A stretch of DNA of 64,000 nucleotides from an uncultured Acidimicrobiales bacterium (GCA_964390555.1 CAYMJU010000033.1:3330-67329), one strand, 5' to 3'; counted from the stretch's first letter, positions 46,003 to 55,848 are shown. Notes: generated by a model from the sequence alone, not told the origin. A program made the numbers and translations.

Positions 46003-46428
46003 ATGGCATCGATCTTCAGTCGAATCATCGCCGGTGAGATCCCGGGTCGTTTCGTTTGGTCCGACGACCGCTGCGTCGTGATGGTCGACATTCGACCGCT
46101 GGCGCGAGGTCACGTGCTGGTGATCCCCCGCGACGAGATCGATGAATGGAGCGACCTACCAGTTGGCCTGGCCGGCCATCTGATGCAAGTCGCGCATGCG
46201 GTGTCGCGGGCTCAGCGCGAGGTGTTCCCGTGTGCCCGGGTCGGACTGATCATCGCCGGCTTCGAGGTGCCACACGCCCACATCCACGTCGTGCCCATGG
46301 ACTCGATGTCGAACCTCGATTTCGGTAACGCCGATCCCGCCGCTCGCCCCGATGACCTCGACCAGGTGACCGTCGAGCTACGCCGGGCGCTCGTCGAACA
46401 GGGCCATGGCGCGGTGGTGCCCCGATGA
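46003..46428 (+). CDS. HIT family hydrolase
   Basis: MASIFSRII.GEIP; FEVPHAHIHVVP (HxHxH). Confidence 0.93.
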   Translation: MASIFSRIIAGEIPGRFVWSDDRCVVMVDIRPLARGHVLVIPRDEIDEWSDLPVGLAGHLMQVAHAVSRAQREVFPCARVGLIIAGFEVPHAHIHVVPMDSMSNLDFGNADPAARPDDLDQVTVELRRALVEQGHGAVVPR

Positions 46429-47199
46429 CACGTCGACGGCTTCGATGAGATGCGGCGACTTGTTCCGCGGGTTGTTGACGTCGGTGCTGACCGGATGGAA
46501 CGTGAGGAGCGCGTCGGGCGCCGGTACGAGCAGCGCCTGAAGGGCTTCGACGTCGGTGAGTTCGGGGTCGAGCCACCGACCCCACGCGTCGGGCGGCAGG
46601 ATGACCGGCATGCGGTCGTGCACCGGTGCGATGGTGGCGTTGGCGCCGCAGGTCACGATCGTGCACGACCTCAGCACCTGTCCGTCGGTGTCGGCGCCGT
46701 CCTTCGGCTTCCAGGTCTCCCACAGCCCGGCAAAGGCCAGCAGGTCGCCGTCGCCGCGATGGATGAAGACCGGCTGTTTGACCGGCTTGGCTGACTTCTT
46801 TCCCGTCGCCGGGGGCCCGGTGCTGTCCGAGCTCACGATCTGCCATTCGTAGAAGCCATCGGCGGGGATGATGCACCGGCGCCGGGCCAGAGCGCCTTTG
46901 AACGCGTTCTTGGTCGCGATCGTCTCGGCTCGGGCGTTGATCATTCGGTTGCCGATGGACACGTCGTTGGCCCAGCGCGGCACCAGACCCCAGCGGAACA
47001 CGTCGAGATGCCGTTCGGGCTCGGTGCGGGTCTCGACCACGACCATCACCCCCGTTGTCGGTGCCACGTTGAAGTTCGGCTCGGGCGTGGGTGCGACCGT
47101 TGCTGCATCCGAAGGTGGGTCAGGGGCGACGAAGCCCATGGCGCCGAAGTACTCGGCGATCTCTTCAGGTGTCGAGCTCGACACGAAACGTCCGCACAT
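46378..47199 (-). CDS. SOS response-associated peptidase (SRAP/YedK/HMCES, abasic-site protection)
   Basis: MCGRF N-terminal Cys, FNVAPT, WGLVP.W, INARAET, RRCIIPADGFYEW, HDRMPVIL. Confidence 0.95.
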   Translation of the reverse strand: MCGRFVSSSTPEEIAEYFGAMGFVAPDPPSDAATVAPTPEPNFNVAPTTGVMVVVETRTEPERHLDVFRWGLVPRWANDVSIGNRMINARAETIATKNAFKGALARRRCIIPADGFYEWQIVSSDSTGPPATGKKSAKPVKQPVFIHRGDGDLLAFAGLWETWKPKDGADTDGQVLRSCTIVTCGANATIAPVHDRMPVILPPDAWGRWLDPELTDVEALQALLVPAPDALLTFHPVSTDVNNPRNKSPHLIEAVDVSSGHHRAMALFDERPA

Positions 47200-47222
47200 G
47201 GCCGCGCGTCTCCTTGCCTTTG

Positions 47223-48506
47223 TCACCCCGCCGCGGGAGCTGGCTCCGCTGCGGGAACCGAATCCTCGCTCGCCGCTGGCGCAGGCGGAGTCGCGGCTGG
47301 GGGCGTGGGAACGGGGGCCGCATCGACCGTGCCGAGAGTGCACGCCCCGATCCGGTCCGGGCGACCCGCCGGTGTGAAATCGAAGGTGGCGGCCGTACCC
47401 GGCACGCCGCCGAAGCGGGGAACCGCGACCCGTTCCCCTGCCGCCACGCTGATCACGCCCCGGATGGACAGCACCTCGAACGCCGGGTCGCGGCGCTTGA
47501 TCTGCACGCGGACCGAGTCGACGGTCGCCGTGCCGCCCTCGGTGAGCGACACCTCGCCTTCCGGCACCACCAGATCGAGCACGACCGTGGTATCGGACAC
47601 GCAAGTCGCTTCGGCGAGCCGACCTATGGTGAGCCCGTCGCAGTCGACCCCGTTTGACCACTGGGCGGTGTCGAAAGGCCGCAATCCGGCCGACGTCACC
47701 GAGACCTGGACGCAGAGCCCCACGTGCCAGCCCGGGCCGCCGACGAGCACGACCCGGCCCCGCCCGGCGTATTCGAACACCGACGTGACGACGTCGCCCG
47801 GCGGGCGAGGTAGCTGATCGATCGGGAGGTCGATGACGATCCGTTCGGTCGCCTCGCCGGGCCCGGTCGCGGTGACCACGGGGGTGTCGAGGGCGCCCGA
47901 CAGGGTGGCGTCGACCGCTGGAGGCGGGCCGCTGTAGTCGACGACGCCGACCTGCTCGATCACGTCGCCGAACTCGATCGAGCCGACAACCGAATCGTCG
48001 CCGGACTCGGGCCACAGCACTACGGCGGTGATGGCGATGGCTGCGATCACGACCCCGGCCGCGGCGGCGTTGACGAGCCGCTGGCGACGCCCTTTGGCGA
48101 GAGCCGCGATGACCTGTTGCTCGTCGAGTTTCTCCTCGAGGGTGAGCGGCCCGAACGCCTCGCTCGATCGGCCACCGGCGAGCAGCTCGCGCCAGGTCTC
48201 GGCTCGCTCGGGATCCATGCGGTCGACCAGCAGCCGGAAACGTTCCTGCTCGGCCGAACCGAACAACAACAGCAAGCCGTTCTCACGGGCGTGGTCGAGT
48301 GGATCGTCGTGGGCGACGATCGGTCGGTCGGCGGCGAGGCGGCCTAGGAAGTCGTGGGCCAGCCGGTCGGCGTCGTCGCCGGTGAGGGGCGGGCCGTCGC
48401 TCGCCGGGGCCGGCCATCCATCGAAGCGACTGTCGTGGGCAGGCGCGTCGGCTTCGCTCGCACGAAAGAAGCCCGAGCGATCCGCGAAGAGGCGGCTGTC
48501 GGGCAC
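47223..48506 (-). CDS. Hypothetical single-pass membrane protein
   Basis: Central TM (AAAGVVIAAIAITAVVLW) after a basic patch; beta-rich Cys-containing C-terminal part; no family recognised. Confidence 0.65.
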   Translation of the reverse strand: MPDSRLFADRSGFFRASEADAPAHDSRFDGWPAPASDGPPLTGDDADRLAHDFLGRLAADRPIVAHDDPLDHARENGLLLLFGSAEQERFRLLVDRMDPERAETWRELLAGGRSSEAFGPLTLEEKLDEQQVIAALAKGRRQRLVNAAAAGVVIAAIAITAVVLWPESGDDSVVGSIEFGDVIEQVGVVDYSGPPPAVDATLSGALDTPVVTATGPGEATERIVIDLPIDQLPRPPGDVVTSVFEYAGRGRVVLVGGPGWHVGLCVQVSVTSAGLRPFDTAQWSNGVDCDGLTIGRLAEATCVSDTTVVLDLVVPEGEVSLTEGGTATVDSVRVQIKRRDPAFEVLSIRGVISVAAGERVAVPRFGGVPGTAATFDFTPAGRPDRIGACTLGTVDAAPVPTPPAATPPAPAASEDSVPAAEPAPAAG

Positions 48507-48625
48507 CGGGTCGGGCAGGACAGGGCGGGTGTCGGTGGACTCGTCGATCGGGCCAGGGTAGGCGGTGAACCGCCGCGATCGAGGGCACGCGCGAGGAGAG
48601 CCACCCGGTAAGATCCACCCCGTTC

Positions 48626-48700
48626 CGGGCTGTGGCGCAGTTTGGTTAGCGCGCTTGACTGGGGGTCAAGAGGTCGGAGGTTCAAATCCTCTCAGCCCGA
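48626..48700 (+). tRNA. tRNA-Pro (anticodon GGG), CCA not encoded
   Basis: Acceptor stem CGGGCTG/CAGCCCG, D arm GCGC-AGTTTGGTTA-GCGC, anticodon stem CTTGA-CTGGGGG-TCAAG, T arm GGTTCAAATCC. Confidence 0.97.
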
Positions 48701-48885
48701 CGTACAAACCGCAGGTCACGCCGCGAAGCAGCGGCTGCCACACGAGCCTGCAGGTCGCCAGCAGCCCACGATTCGTGCGGCGTGGCGGTTTTGGACGGCC
48801 TTTGGCGACGTCTGCAACACTCAAGCGTAGGCCTCGGCGACTACCCGGCCGCCGGTGTGGGCCCGGACACGTGGGGGTTTTCGTG

Positions 48886-50835
48886 ATGCGCCGAATCATC
48901 GCAGCAATGGTGGCGGTAGCCACGATCTCGGTAGGCCTGGCAACCGGAGCGCCGCCAGCCAGCGCCGCCGCTACCCCCATCGATCTCGCCAACGCCATCG
49001 TCGGCAGTGGAATCACGGTCACCGCGGCCTCGTTCACGACCGGCGGCTTCCCCGACGCGGTCCAGGTTCGATCCGACGTCGTCGCCGGATTTCCCGTCAC
49101 TGCGGGCGGAAGCTACGCCGTGCTCAGTACCGGCGACGCCCTCGACCTGACTACACCGGACACCAGCGGCTCCCTCAGTACCTCACACGCAGCTCCACAA
49201 TTTCGGACGACCTACGACGCGACCACGCTGAAGATCGATTTCACGGTCCAGCCCGGCTTCAATTGCCTGGCGTCGCTTCGGTTGCGGTTCCTGTCCGAGG
49301 AGTTCCCCGAGTTCGTCGGAACGGCGTTCAACGATGCGGTGCTGGTCGAGCTCGATGGCAACGACTGGAGCGTCACGGGCGCCAACGATGTCGTCGCGCC
49401 GAACAACATCGCGTTCGTCGGCACCAGCCCGATCACGGTGAACAACTCGGGCCCATTGGCGGCAGTCCCCGGGGAAGCGGCTGGGACCACATTCGACGCG
49501 GCGACACCGATCCTGTCCGCCCGGTCGCCGATCACGCCCGGCCCGCACTCGCTTTTCATCACCATCTTCGATCAGGGCGACCCGATCTACGACTCGACCG
49601 TGCTCATCGACGACCTCCGAGCGTCGACCGTGGTCGACCCGAACGCCGAATGCCCGCGCGGCGCGTTCTCGACTCAAGTCAACCCGCCGAACCGATTCGT
49701 GCCCATCACGCCGGCTCGGGTCATCGACACGCGGGGTCCGGCCCCGCTCGGGCTGCCCGGACTGTTGGCGGCGACCACCTCGACCCCATTTCAGATCACC
49801 GGAAAGGGTGGATTGCCGGCAAACGGGGTCTCCGGTGTGGTGCTGAACCTCACCGCCACTGAGACGTCAGGTGCCGGCTTCGTGCGCGTCACCCCGTCGG
49901 GTAGTACGAGCAACGTCTCGAACTTGAACGTCGAATTCGCCGGCCAGACACTTCCCAACTTGGTGACGGTCCCAGTTTCCGCCGACGGCAAGATCGACTT
50001 CTTCAGTCAGTCCGCGACCCACCTCGTCGTCGATGTGTTCGGCTACTACACCCAGGCGGCGTCGGCGACCGCCGGGCGGCTGATCCCGGTCGACCCCACT
50101 CGGGTTCTCGACACGCGAGAAGCCAACGGCGTCCCAACCACGACGCGGGTGCCCAGCGGCGGTGTTGTCGACCTGCAGATCGCCGGGCGTGGTCAGGTGC
50201 CCGCCACCGGAGCCGCGGCGGTCGTGCTAACGGTGACCGTAACCGAGTCGACGGCCGCCGGATTTGTCACTGTGTGGCCGTCGGGCACCAGCCAGCCGAA
50301 CACGTCGAATCTGAACGTCGTGCGACCGAACCAAACGATCCCCAATCAGGTCATCGTTCCGCTGGGCACGGGCGGGCGCGTCAGCCTGTTCACTCAGAAC
50401 GCCGCCCACCTGATCGCCGACGTTGCCGGTTACTTCACCGACGCCAGCGCACCGCTATCGACCACGGGCCTGTTCATCCCCGTAACGCCGAGCCGGGTGC
50501 TCGACACCCGCGAGGCCAACGGTGTTGCGGGCACGAGCCGACCTGGGCCCGGCGCGACGGTGTCTCCCGACGTCGCCGGCCGAGGGGGAGTCCCGGCGTC
50601 GGGCGTGTCGGCTATCGTCGGCAACACCACCGCGACGGAGTCGATCAACCCGGGTTTCGTGACGGTGTTCCCACGCGGTATCGCCCAGCCCAACGTGTCG
50701 AACCTGAACCTCGAGCGACCCAACCAGACGATCGCCAATCACACCACGGTGCGGCTCAACAACGGCGGCATCAGCTTGTTCACGCAGGAGGGTGCGCACT
50801 TGCTGTTCGACGTCGCGGGGTTTTATACGTCCTGA
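48886..50835 (+). CDS. Secreted protein: choice-of-anchor-L-like N-terminal domain plus three ~120-aa C-terminal repeats
   Basis: Signal peptide ending PASA; LSTG...FLSEEFPEFVGTAFND...DQGDPIYDSTVLI; three P.R.(L/I)DTR...DV.G.(Y/F) modules. Confidence 0.83.
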   Translation: MRRIIAAMVAVATISVGLATGAPPASAAATPIDLANAIVGSGITVTAASFTTGGFPDAVQVRSDVVAGFPVTAGGSYAVLSTGDALDLTTPDTSGSLSTSHAAPQFRTTYDATTLKIDFTVQPGFNCLASLRLRFLSEEFPEFVGTAFNDAVLVELDGNDWSVTGANDVVAPNNIAFVGTSPITVNNSGPLAAVPGEAAGTTFDAATPILSARSPITPGPHSLFITIFDQGDPIYDSTVLIDDLRASTVVDPNAECPRGAFSTQVNPPNRFVPITPARVIDTRGPAPLGLPGLLAATTSTPFQITGKGGLPANGVSGVVLNLTATETSGAGFVRVTPSGSTSNVSNLNVEFAGQTLPNLVTVPVSADGKIDFFSQSATHLVVDVFGYYTQAASATAGRLIPVDPTRVLDTREANGVPTTTRVPSGGVVDLQIAGRGQVPATGAAAVVLTVTVTESTAAGFVTVWPSGTSQPNTSNLNVVRPNQTIPNQVIVPLGTGGRVSLFTQNAAHLIADVAGYFTDASAPLSTTGLFIPVTPSRVLDTREANGVAGTSRPGPGATVSPDVAGRGGVPASGVSAIVGNTTATESINPGFVTVFPRGIAQPNVSNLNLERPNQTIANHTTVRLNNGGISLFTQEGAHLLFDVAGFYTS

Positions 50836-51722
50836 TCGGCGACGCGGGGTCGGGCGCCGGCGATCTTCAGGGCGGCGGGGGCCGCGGTCAACGTGATGGT
50901 GCCGGTCGCGAAGGGTTCCCCGTCGGCCCAGGTCGCCGTGGTGGGCTCGGTCGGCGCGACGACGATCTCGTGGCCTCGGAACGTGTCGACGGCGCGATGC
51001 GACATGTGGTCGCCGCCGAACACCTTGGGGAAGAACCGGAGCAACTCGATCCTTCCGGTGGGTCCGACGACGACCACGTCGAGCAGACCATCGGTGGGAT
51101 CGGCGGCCGGACACACCCGCATGCCTCCGCCGAACAACGCCGTGTTCCCGACGGCTACGAGGGTGGCGTCGAAGCGATGCGACTTGCCGTCGATCGTGAT
51201 GGTCAGCGGCGTCGGTGCCAGGCGGGGGATCTCGAGAATGGTCGCGACCGTGTAGCGGCGAGCGCCCTTGGGCCACCGCAGGCCGTTGGCCCGGGCGTTG
51301 ACGCGGGTAGGGAAACCGAGCGTCGCCACCGAGGCGAACCAGCGGTCACCGGCGCGACCGAGGTCGATGGTGACCGGTTCGCCGAGGGCAGCATCGACAG
51401 CGTCGTCGATGTTGCCGGTCGCCAGCCCGAGCCCGCGGGCGAAGTCGTTTCCGGTACCGAAGGGAACCACGCCGACCACGACACCCGATCCAGCGAGGGC
51501 TGGGAGGAGCGTGTGGACGGTGCCGTCGCCGCCTGCCACGATCACCCGGTCGGGTGCGCCTGCGACCAGCTCGCGGCAACGAGCGACGAGCCCATCAGGC
51601 GTCGGAGCGGTCACGATCTCGGGGCCGGCGCCGAGTGCCCTGAGGCGATCGATCGCCCGTGTGAGCAGGTCACGGCCCGATCCTCTGGCCGCGTGCTCGT
51701 TGACCAGGACCGGTGTCGTCAC
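50823..51722 (-). CDS. Diacylglycerol/lipid kinase, YegS/Rv2252 family
   Basis: VAGGDGTVH, PFGTGNDFARGLG, GNTALFGGGM.VCP.A...DGLLDV, ADGE. Confidence 0.93.
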   Translation of the reverse strand: MTTPVLVNEHAARGSGRDLLTRAIDRLRALGAGPEIVTAPTPDGLVARCRELVAGAPDRVIVAGGDGTVHTLLPALAGSGVVVGVVPFGTGNDFARGLGLATGNIDDAVDAALGEPVTIDLGRAGDRWFASVATLGFPTRVNARANGLRWPKGARRYTVATILEIPRLAPTPLTITIDGKSHRFDATLVAVGNTALFGGGMRVCPAADPTDGLLDVVVVGPTGRIELLRFFPKVFGGDHMSHRAVDTFRGHEIVVAPTEPTTATWADGEPFATGTITLTAAPAALKIAGARPRVADQDV

Positions 51723-51747
51723 CGGGCCGACCGTATCGCCCGCGGGG

Positions 51748-51960
51748 TCAGAGGACCAGCATGATGCCCTGAGCCGCCCGCCAGCCGAGGTAGGCGCCCG
51801 TCGCGGTGAGCAGCAGCCAGAAGTGCCACGGGACCTTGGCTGGCGGCGAGGCCGCGCGGGCGTGGCCCGCCTCGACGGCTCGACCGCATTCGGGACACCG
51901 CCCGTCGGTGGCGACGGTGTTGGGGCTCAGGTACCGCTCGCACGGATCGCACCAGGGCAT
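51748..51960 (-). CDS. 70-aa Zn-ribbon + TM microprotein
   Basis: MPWCDPC...CPECG followed by KVPWHFWLLLTATGAYLGWR hydrophobic helix. Confidence 0.7.
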   Translation of the reverse strand: MPWCDPCERYLSPNTVATDGRCPECGRAVEAGHARAASPPAKVPWHFWLLLTATGAYLGWRAAQGIMLVL

Positions 51961-51977
51961 GGCGATCGCCCGGCCGA

Positions 51978-53054
51978 TCAGTCGCGGCGCAGGGCCAGGA
52001 TCGCGACGTCGTCGGCGAGCGGCCCCGTAGCGTGATCTCGGGCGGTCTCGAGCAATGTCTTGCACAAGACATCCGGGGCGACCGTGGGGTCACGTCGGAT
52101 CGTCGCCTCGATGCGGCTCTCGCCGAACTGGTCGGATCCGGCGCGCGCCTCGCTGAGCCCGTCGGTGTACAGCACGACAAGATCGTCGCGGTCGAGGGGG
52201 ATCTCGCGGCTGAAGTACTCGGCGCTCGGATCGAGCATCAGCAATGGTCCCGTCGCGCGGAGCGGCTGGATGTCGCGCTGGTGCCACAGGAACCCGGTCG
52301 GGTGGCCGGCCGAGGCGAACCGAACGGTGCCGGCCTCGAGCTCGAACACGACGATGCACGCCGAGATGAACTCTTCGCCACGGTCCATGCCCGACATCTG
52401 GACGTTGAGCTCCTCGAGGGCCTGGGCTGGGTCACGGAACTGGCGCAGCAACACCCGCAGGAGCGACTTGGCCTGGAACGCGGTGATCGAGGACTCGATC
52501 CCGTGGCCGCTGACGTCGCCGATGACCGCGGCGATCCGGGTGCGGCCGATGCGGAACACGTCGTAGAAATCGCCGGCCATGAGCCCGGTACCGGCCTGGT
52601 ACGCCCGCCCGATCTGGAAACCGGTGATGTCGGGCAGCTCGTCAGGGGCCAGACGGTCGGCCCACGCACGGGGGGCCAGTTGCTGCTGGGCCAGCACGTC
52701 GCGAGCACGGCGCTCGAGATCGAACCGGTGCCGGGCCATGCGGGCCTCGCGCAGGGGATGGCGCACCCGGGAGATCGACGCCAGCGCCGGCAGCGCGACC
52801 GCGGCCAAAGCAAGCGTCGCCCACCGCTCGTCGGTCACGCCGATCGTGATCACCGCCGCGCCCAGCAGGGCGTAAAGGACCCCAGTGTGGACGTCGCGAT
52901 CGAAGTTCGAGCGGGCCAGCGCCAACGCGCCTTCGTCGCCGACGTCGGCCTCGATGTGGCGTATCAGACGCCGGCGCTGCTGGGCCGAGCGGGCCCACAC
53001 CAGCGCCGCGACCACGCACGCCACACCGACACCCCACAGCACGGCGGTCTCCAT
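51978..53054 (-). CDS. Membrane-anchored PP2C/SpoIIE-family Ser phosphatase
   Basis: About three N-terminal TM segments; MAGDFYD, IGDVSGHG, SAGHP, LYTDGLSEA, DDVAIL. ATG 7 nt after TAGTCT. Confidence 0.9.
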   Translation of the reverse strand: METAVLWGVGVACVVAALVWARSAQQRRRLIRHIEADVGDEGALALARSNFDRDVHTGVLYALLGAAVITIGVTDERWATLALAAVALPALASISRVRHPLREARMARHRFDLERRARDVLAQQQLAPRAWADRLAPDELPDITGFQIGRAYQAGTGLMAGDFYDVFRIGRTRIAAVIGDVSGHGIESSITAFQAKSLLRVLLRQFRDPAQALEELNVQMSGMDRGEEFISACIVVFELEAGTVRFASAGHPTGFLWHQRDIQPLRATGPLLMLDPSAEYFSREIPLDRDDLVVLYTDGLSEARAGSDQFGESRIEATIRRDPTVAPDVLCKTLLETARDHATGPLADDVAILALRRD

Positions 53055-53143
53055 GGCGCTGAGACTAGCCGCCACTCCCCCGCCGCCCAAGGGGCGCTGG
53101 AGCGTGTCATGCACCTACACGCGTGGGCGGTTCGACGGGCTGA

Positions 53144-54469
53144 TCAGTCGGAGCGTTGGCGGACGCGGAGCTTGACGGGGGTGGCGCCGAGATCGAACGC
53201 CTCGCGGAGGCGGCGCTCGAGATAGCGGACGTAGGTCGCCGGGAGGGCCTTGTTGGCGAACAGGGTGAACGTCGGAGGGTCGGTCGCTCCCTGGGTGGCG
53301 TAGAGCACCCGGGCGCCGTGCGGGCCGGGCTGCTCGGACTGCGCAGCTCGTATGGCCGCGTTGACCTTGGCGGTGGGGATCCGCCGCTGGTAGGCCTCGA
53401 TCGATGCGGCGAGGGCCGGCAACAGCCGGTGCACGCCCTTGCCGGTGAGAGCGCTGATCCGCAACGTCGGCGCTTCGCCGATGAAGTGCAGCTTGCGCAT
53501 CACCTGGCTGGTCGCATCGTGTTTCTGCTCGGTGGAGAGCGTCTCCCACTTGTTCATCAGCACGACGACCGGGCACCCAGCGGCGTCGACGCGCTCGGCG
53601 AGGCGCTGGTCCTGGTGGGTCACGCCCGCGGTGGCGTCGATGACGAGCAGGGCCACATCGGCGGTGTCGACGGACTTGAGGGCTCGGACCATCGAGTAGT
53701 ACTCGGTGTGCTCGTCGATCTTCGATCTGCGACGCATACCGGCCGTGTCGACGAAGCAGATCGGCCCGTGGACGGTCTCGACGACCGTGTCGACCGAATC
53801 CCGCGTCGTTCCGGGCCGGTCGTGAACAACCGAGCGCTCGTCTCCGATCAGCCGGTTGAAGAGGGTCGACTTGCCCACGTTGGGCCGCCCGATGATGGCG
53901 ACCCGGAACACGCGTGGACCATCGGCGTCGGCCGCCGTCTTGTCGAAGGCGTCCTCGTCGTCGGGGTCAAGGGGAGGCAGGAGCGCCACCACCGCGTCGA
54001 GCAGGTCGCCGGCGAGGCGCCCGTGGAGCGCGCTGACCGGCAGCGGGTCGCCGAGCCCCAGGCCCAGGAAGTCCCACACCGCCGGCTCGTGGTTGGTGGC
54101 GTCGACCTTGTTCACCACGACGAGCGTCGGACGACCCGTACGGCGGAGCAGCTCGGCGACCCGGGCGTCCTCGTCGGTGAGACCGACCGTCGCGTCGACG
54201 ACCAGCAAGATCACGTCGGCGGCCGCGATGGCCCGCTCGCTCTGCTCGGTGACCAACTTGTCGAGCGCATCGCCGGCCGCGAGCCACCCGCCGGTGTCGA
54301 CGAGGCGGAAGGGGCGACCGGTCCACTCGGCCGCGACCTCTTTGCGATCTCGGGTTACGCCCGGCTTCTCCTCGACGATCGCCTCGCGGCGGCCCAGGAT
54401 GCGGTTCATCAGCGTCGACTTGCCCACGTTGGGTCGCCCGACGATGGCGACGGTTGGGAGCTCGTTCAT
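53144..54469 (-). CDS. der: Ribosome biogenesis GTPase Der (EngA)
   Basis: Two GRPNVGKS G1 motifs, DTGG/DTAG, NKVD/NKWE, KH-like C-terminus (PPTFTLF). Confidence 0.97.
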   Translation of the reverse strand: MNELPTVAIVGRPNVGKSTLMNRILGRREAIVEEKPGVTRDRKEVAAEWTGRPFRLVDTGGWLAAGDALDKLVTEQSERAIAAADVILLVVDATVGLTDEDARVAELLRRTGRPTLVVVNKVDATNHEPAVWDFLGLGLGDPLPVSALHGRLAGDLLDAVVALLPPLDPDDEDAFDKTAADADGPRVFRVAIIGRPNVGKSTLFNRLIGDERSVVHDRPGTTRDSVDTVVETVHGPICFVDTAGMRRRSKIDEHTEYYSMVRALKSVDTADVALLVIDATAGVTHQDQRLAERVDAAGCPVVVLMNKWETLSTEQKHDATSQVMRKLHFIGEAPTLRISALTGKGVHRLLPALAASIEAYQRRIPTAKVNAAIRAAQSEQPGPHGARVLYATQGATDPPTFTLFANKALPATYVRYLERRLREAFDLGATPVKLRVRQRSD

Positions 54470-55848
54470 CGGGGGAACTCCGCTCGGTCCAGGGCCCGGC
54501 GCAGGGACACGCCGTCGGTCGTGACGATCTCGACCGGGCGGGGCAGGTCGTCGGGTGTCAGCCCGTCGAGGAACCGGCCTTGATTGAGGCACACGTCGGG
54601 CAGCAGGTAGCGGTCGCCGGCCGGCTGCTCGGCCAGGGCGGCGGCGAGATCGGCGCCGACCATCAGACCGGCCACCCCGACATTGCCACCGAAGAACCGG
54701 TTCTCGACCACAACGATGCGCACGTCGGCCCGGTCCAGCGTGGCTATGAGCGGTTGGAGCACCTGGGCCCCGAACGGGCCGGTCAGCACGGCGGTGGCGC
54801 CGGGGCGCGACGGCCGGGATCCGATCGTCACCATCACGTCACCGGCGCGCGACGCAGGCCGGTAGTCCGAGCCTTCAGAGCCGTCGGCCCACGCGAAGAA
54901 CCCCGGCTGGACTCCGATCGGTGTGTCGACGCGACCGTGGAACGCCTCGTCGAAGGCCCGGGCCATGCCGATGCCGTCTTCGTGCATCGGGAACCCCTCG
55001 TAGGCCTCGGCCGGCGGAAACGGCTGACCCGCCATCAGGTAGTACTCGTCGGCGGCGAAGACGAGGCGCCGCCCGAACAGCTCGAGGTAGAGCTCCTGCC
55101 ACCGGTGCACGACGTCGAGCACGTCGTGCACCTCATCGGCGGTGTGGGGGCGCATGCGAGCCTCCGTGTTGAACTTGCTCACGCCGAGTGGCACGACGCA
55201 CAGCGTCGCCAACTCCGCGTAGCGATCGGCGATGTCGGTAAGCGTCTGCTCGAGCACGTCGGCGCCGTTGACCCCCGGGCACACCACCACCTGGCCGTGG
55301 ACCTCGATGCCGGCGTCGAGGAGGGCTCGCAACCAGCGCAGGCTCGTCGCGCCTCTCCGGTTGCGAAGCATCTCGGCCCGCAGCGCCGGGTCGGTGCAGT
55401 GGATGCTGACGTTGAGCGGCGAGAGTCGCTCGCTGATGACTCGTTCGAGGTCGAGCTCGGTGAACCGGGTGAGGGTCGTGTAGTTGCCATACAGGAACGA
55501 CAGCCGGTAGTCGTCGTCCTTCAGGTACAGGCTCTTCCGAAGGCCCTTGGGCAACTGGTAGATGAAGCAGAACTCGCAGTGGTTGTCACACGTGCGCACG
55601 GCGTCGAAGATCGCCGCGTCGACTTGGGCGCCGAGCGGTTCACCGGGCCTCTTGGCCACCGTCACGGAGCGCTCGAGCCCCCCACGACGAACGTCGATCT
55701 CGATGTCGGGCTCGTCGACGAGCAGCTGATAGGCGATGACGTCTCGCGGTACCTGACCGTCGATCGACACGACCTCGTCACCGACGAGTAGCCCGGCGCG
55801 GGCCGCCGGGGAGTCGGGCGCGACGGCGACGACGCGTGGAGCAGACAC
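54466..55848 (-). CDS. PDZ + radical SAM DUF512 protein (TIGR03279-like)
   Basis: N-terminal PDZ (DSPAARAGL..GD); CDNHCEFC (CxxxCxxC); LRKSLYLKDDDYRLSFLYGNY.TLT; LVFAADEYY; NVGVAGL. Confidence 0.92.
   Translation of the reverse strand: MSAPRVVAVAPDSPAARAGLLVGDEVVSIDGQVPRDVIAYQLLVDEPDIEIDVRRGGLERSVTVAKRPGEPLGAQVDAAIFDAVRTCDNHCEFCFIYQLPKGLRKSLYLKDDDYRLSFLYGNYTTLTRFTELDLERVISERLSPLNVSIHCTDPALRAEMLRNRRGATSLRWLRALLDAGIEVHGQVVVCPGVNGADVLEQTLTDIADRYAELATLCVVPLGVSKFNTEARMRPHTADEVHDVLDVVHRWQELYLELFGRRLVFAADEYYLMAGQPFPPAEAYEGFPMHEDGIGMARAFDEAFHGRVDTPIGVQPGFFAWADGSEGSDYRPASRAGDVMVTIGSRPSRPGATAVLTGPFGAQVLQPLIATLDRADVRIVVVENRFFGGNVGVAGLMVGADLAAALAEQPAGDRYLLPDVCLNQGRFLDGLTPDDLPRPVEIVTTDGVSLRRALDRAEFPR

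Noticed and set aside
47200-47260. PafBC (RecA-NDp) motif upstream of the SRAP gene
   Set aside because: No TGTCGG-N10-TA pattern found in the correct orientation by eye.
48626-50835. Genomic island integrated at tRNA-Pro
   Set aside because: No integrase, no duplicated tRNA 3' end seen in the window, and no evident composition shift.
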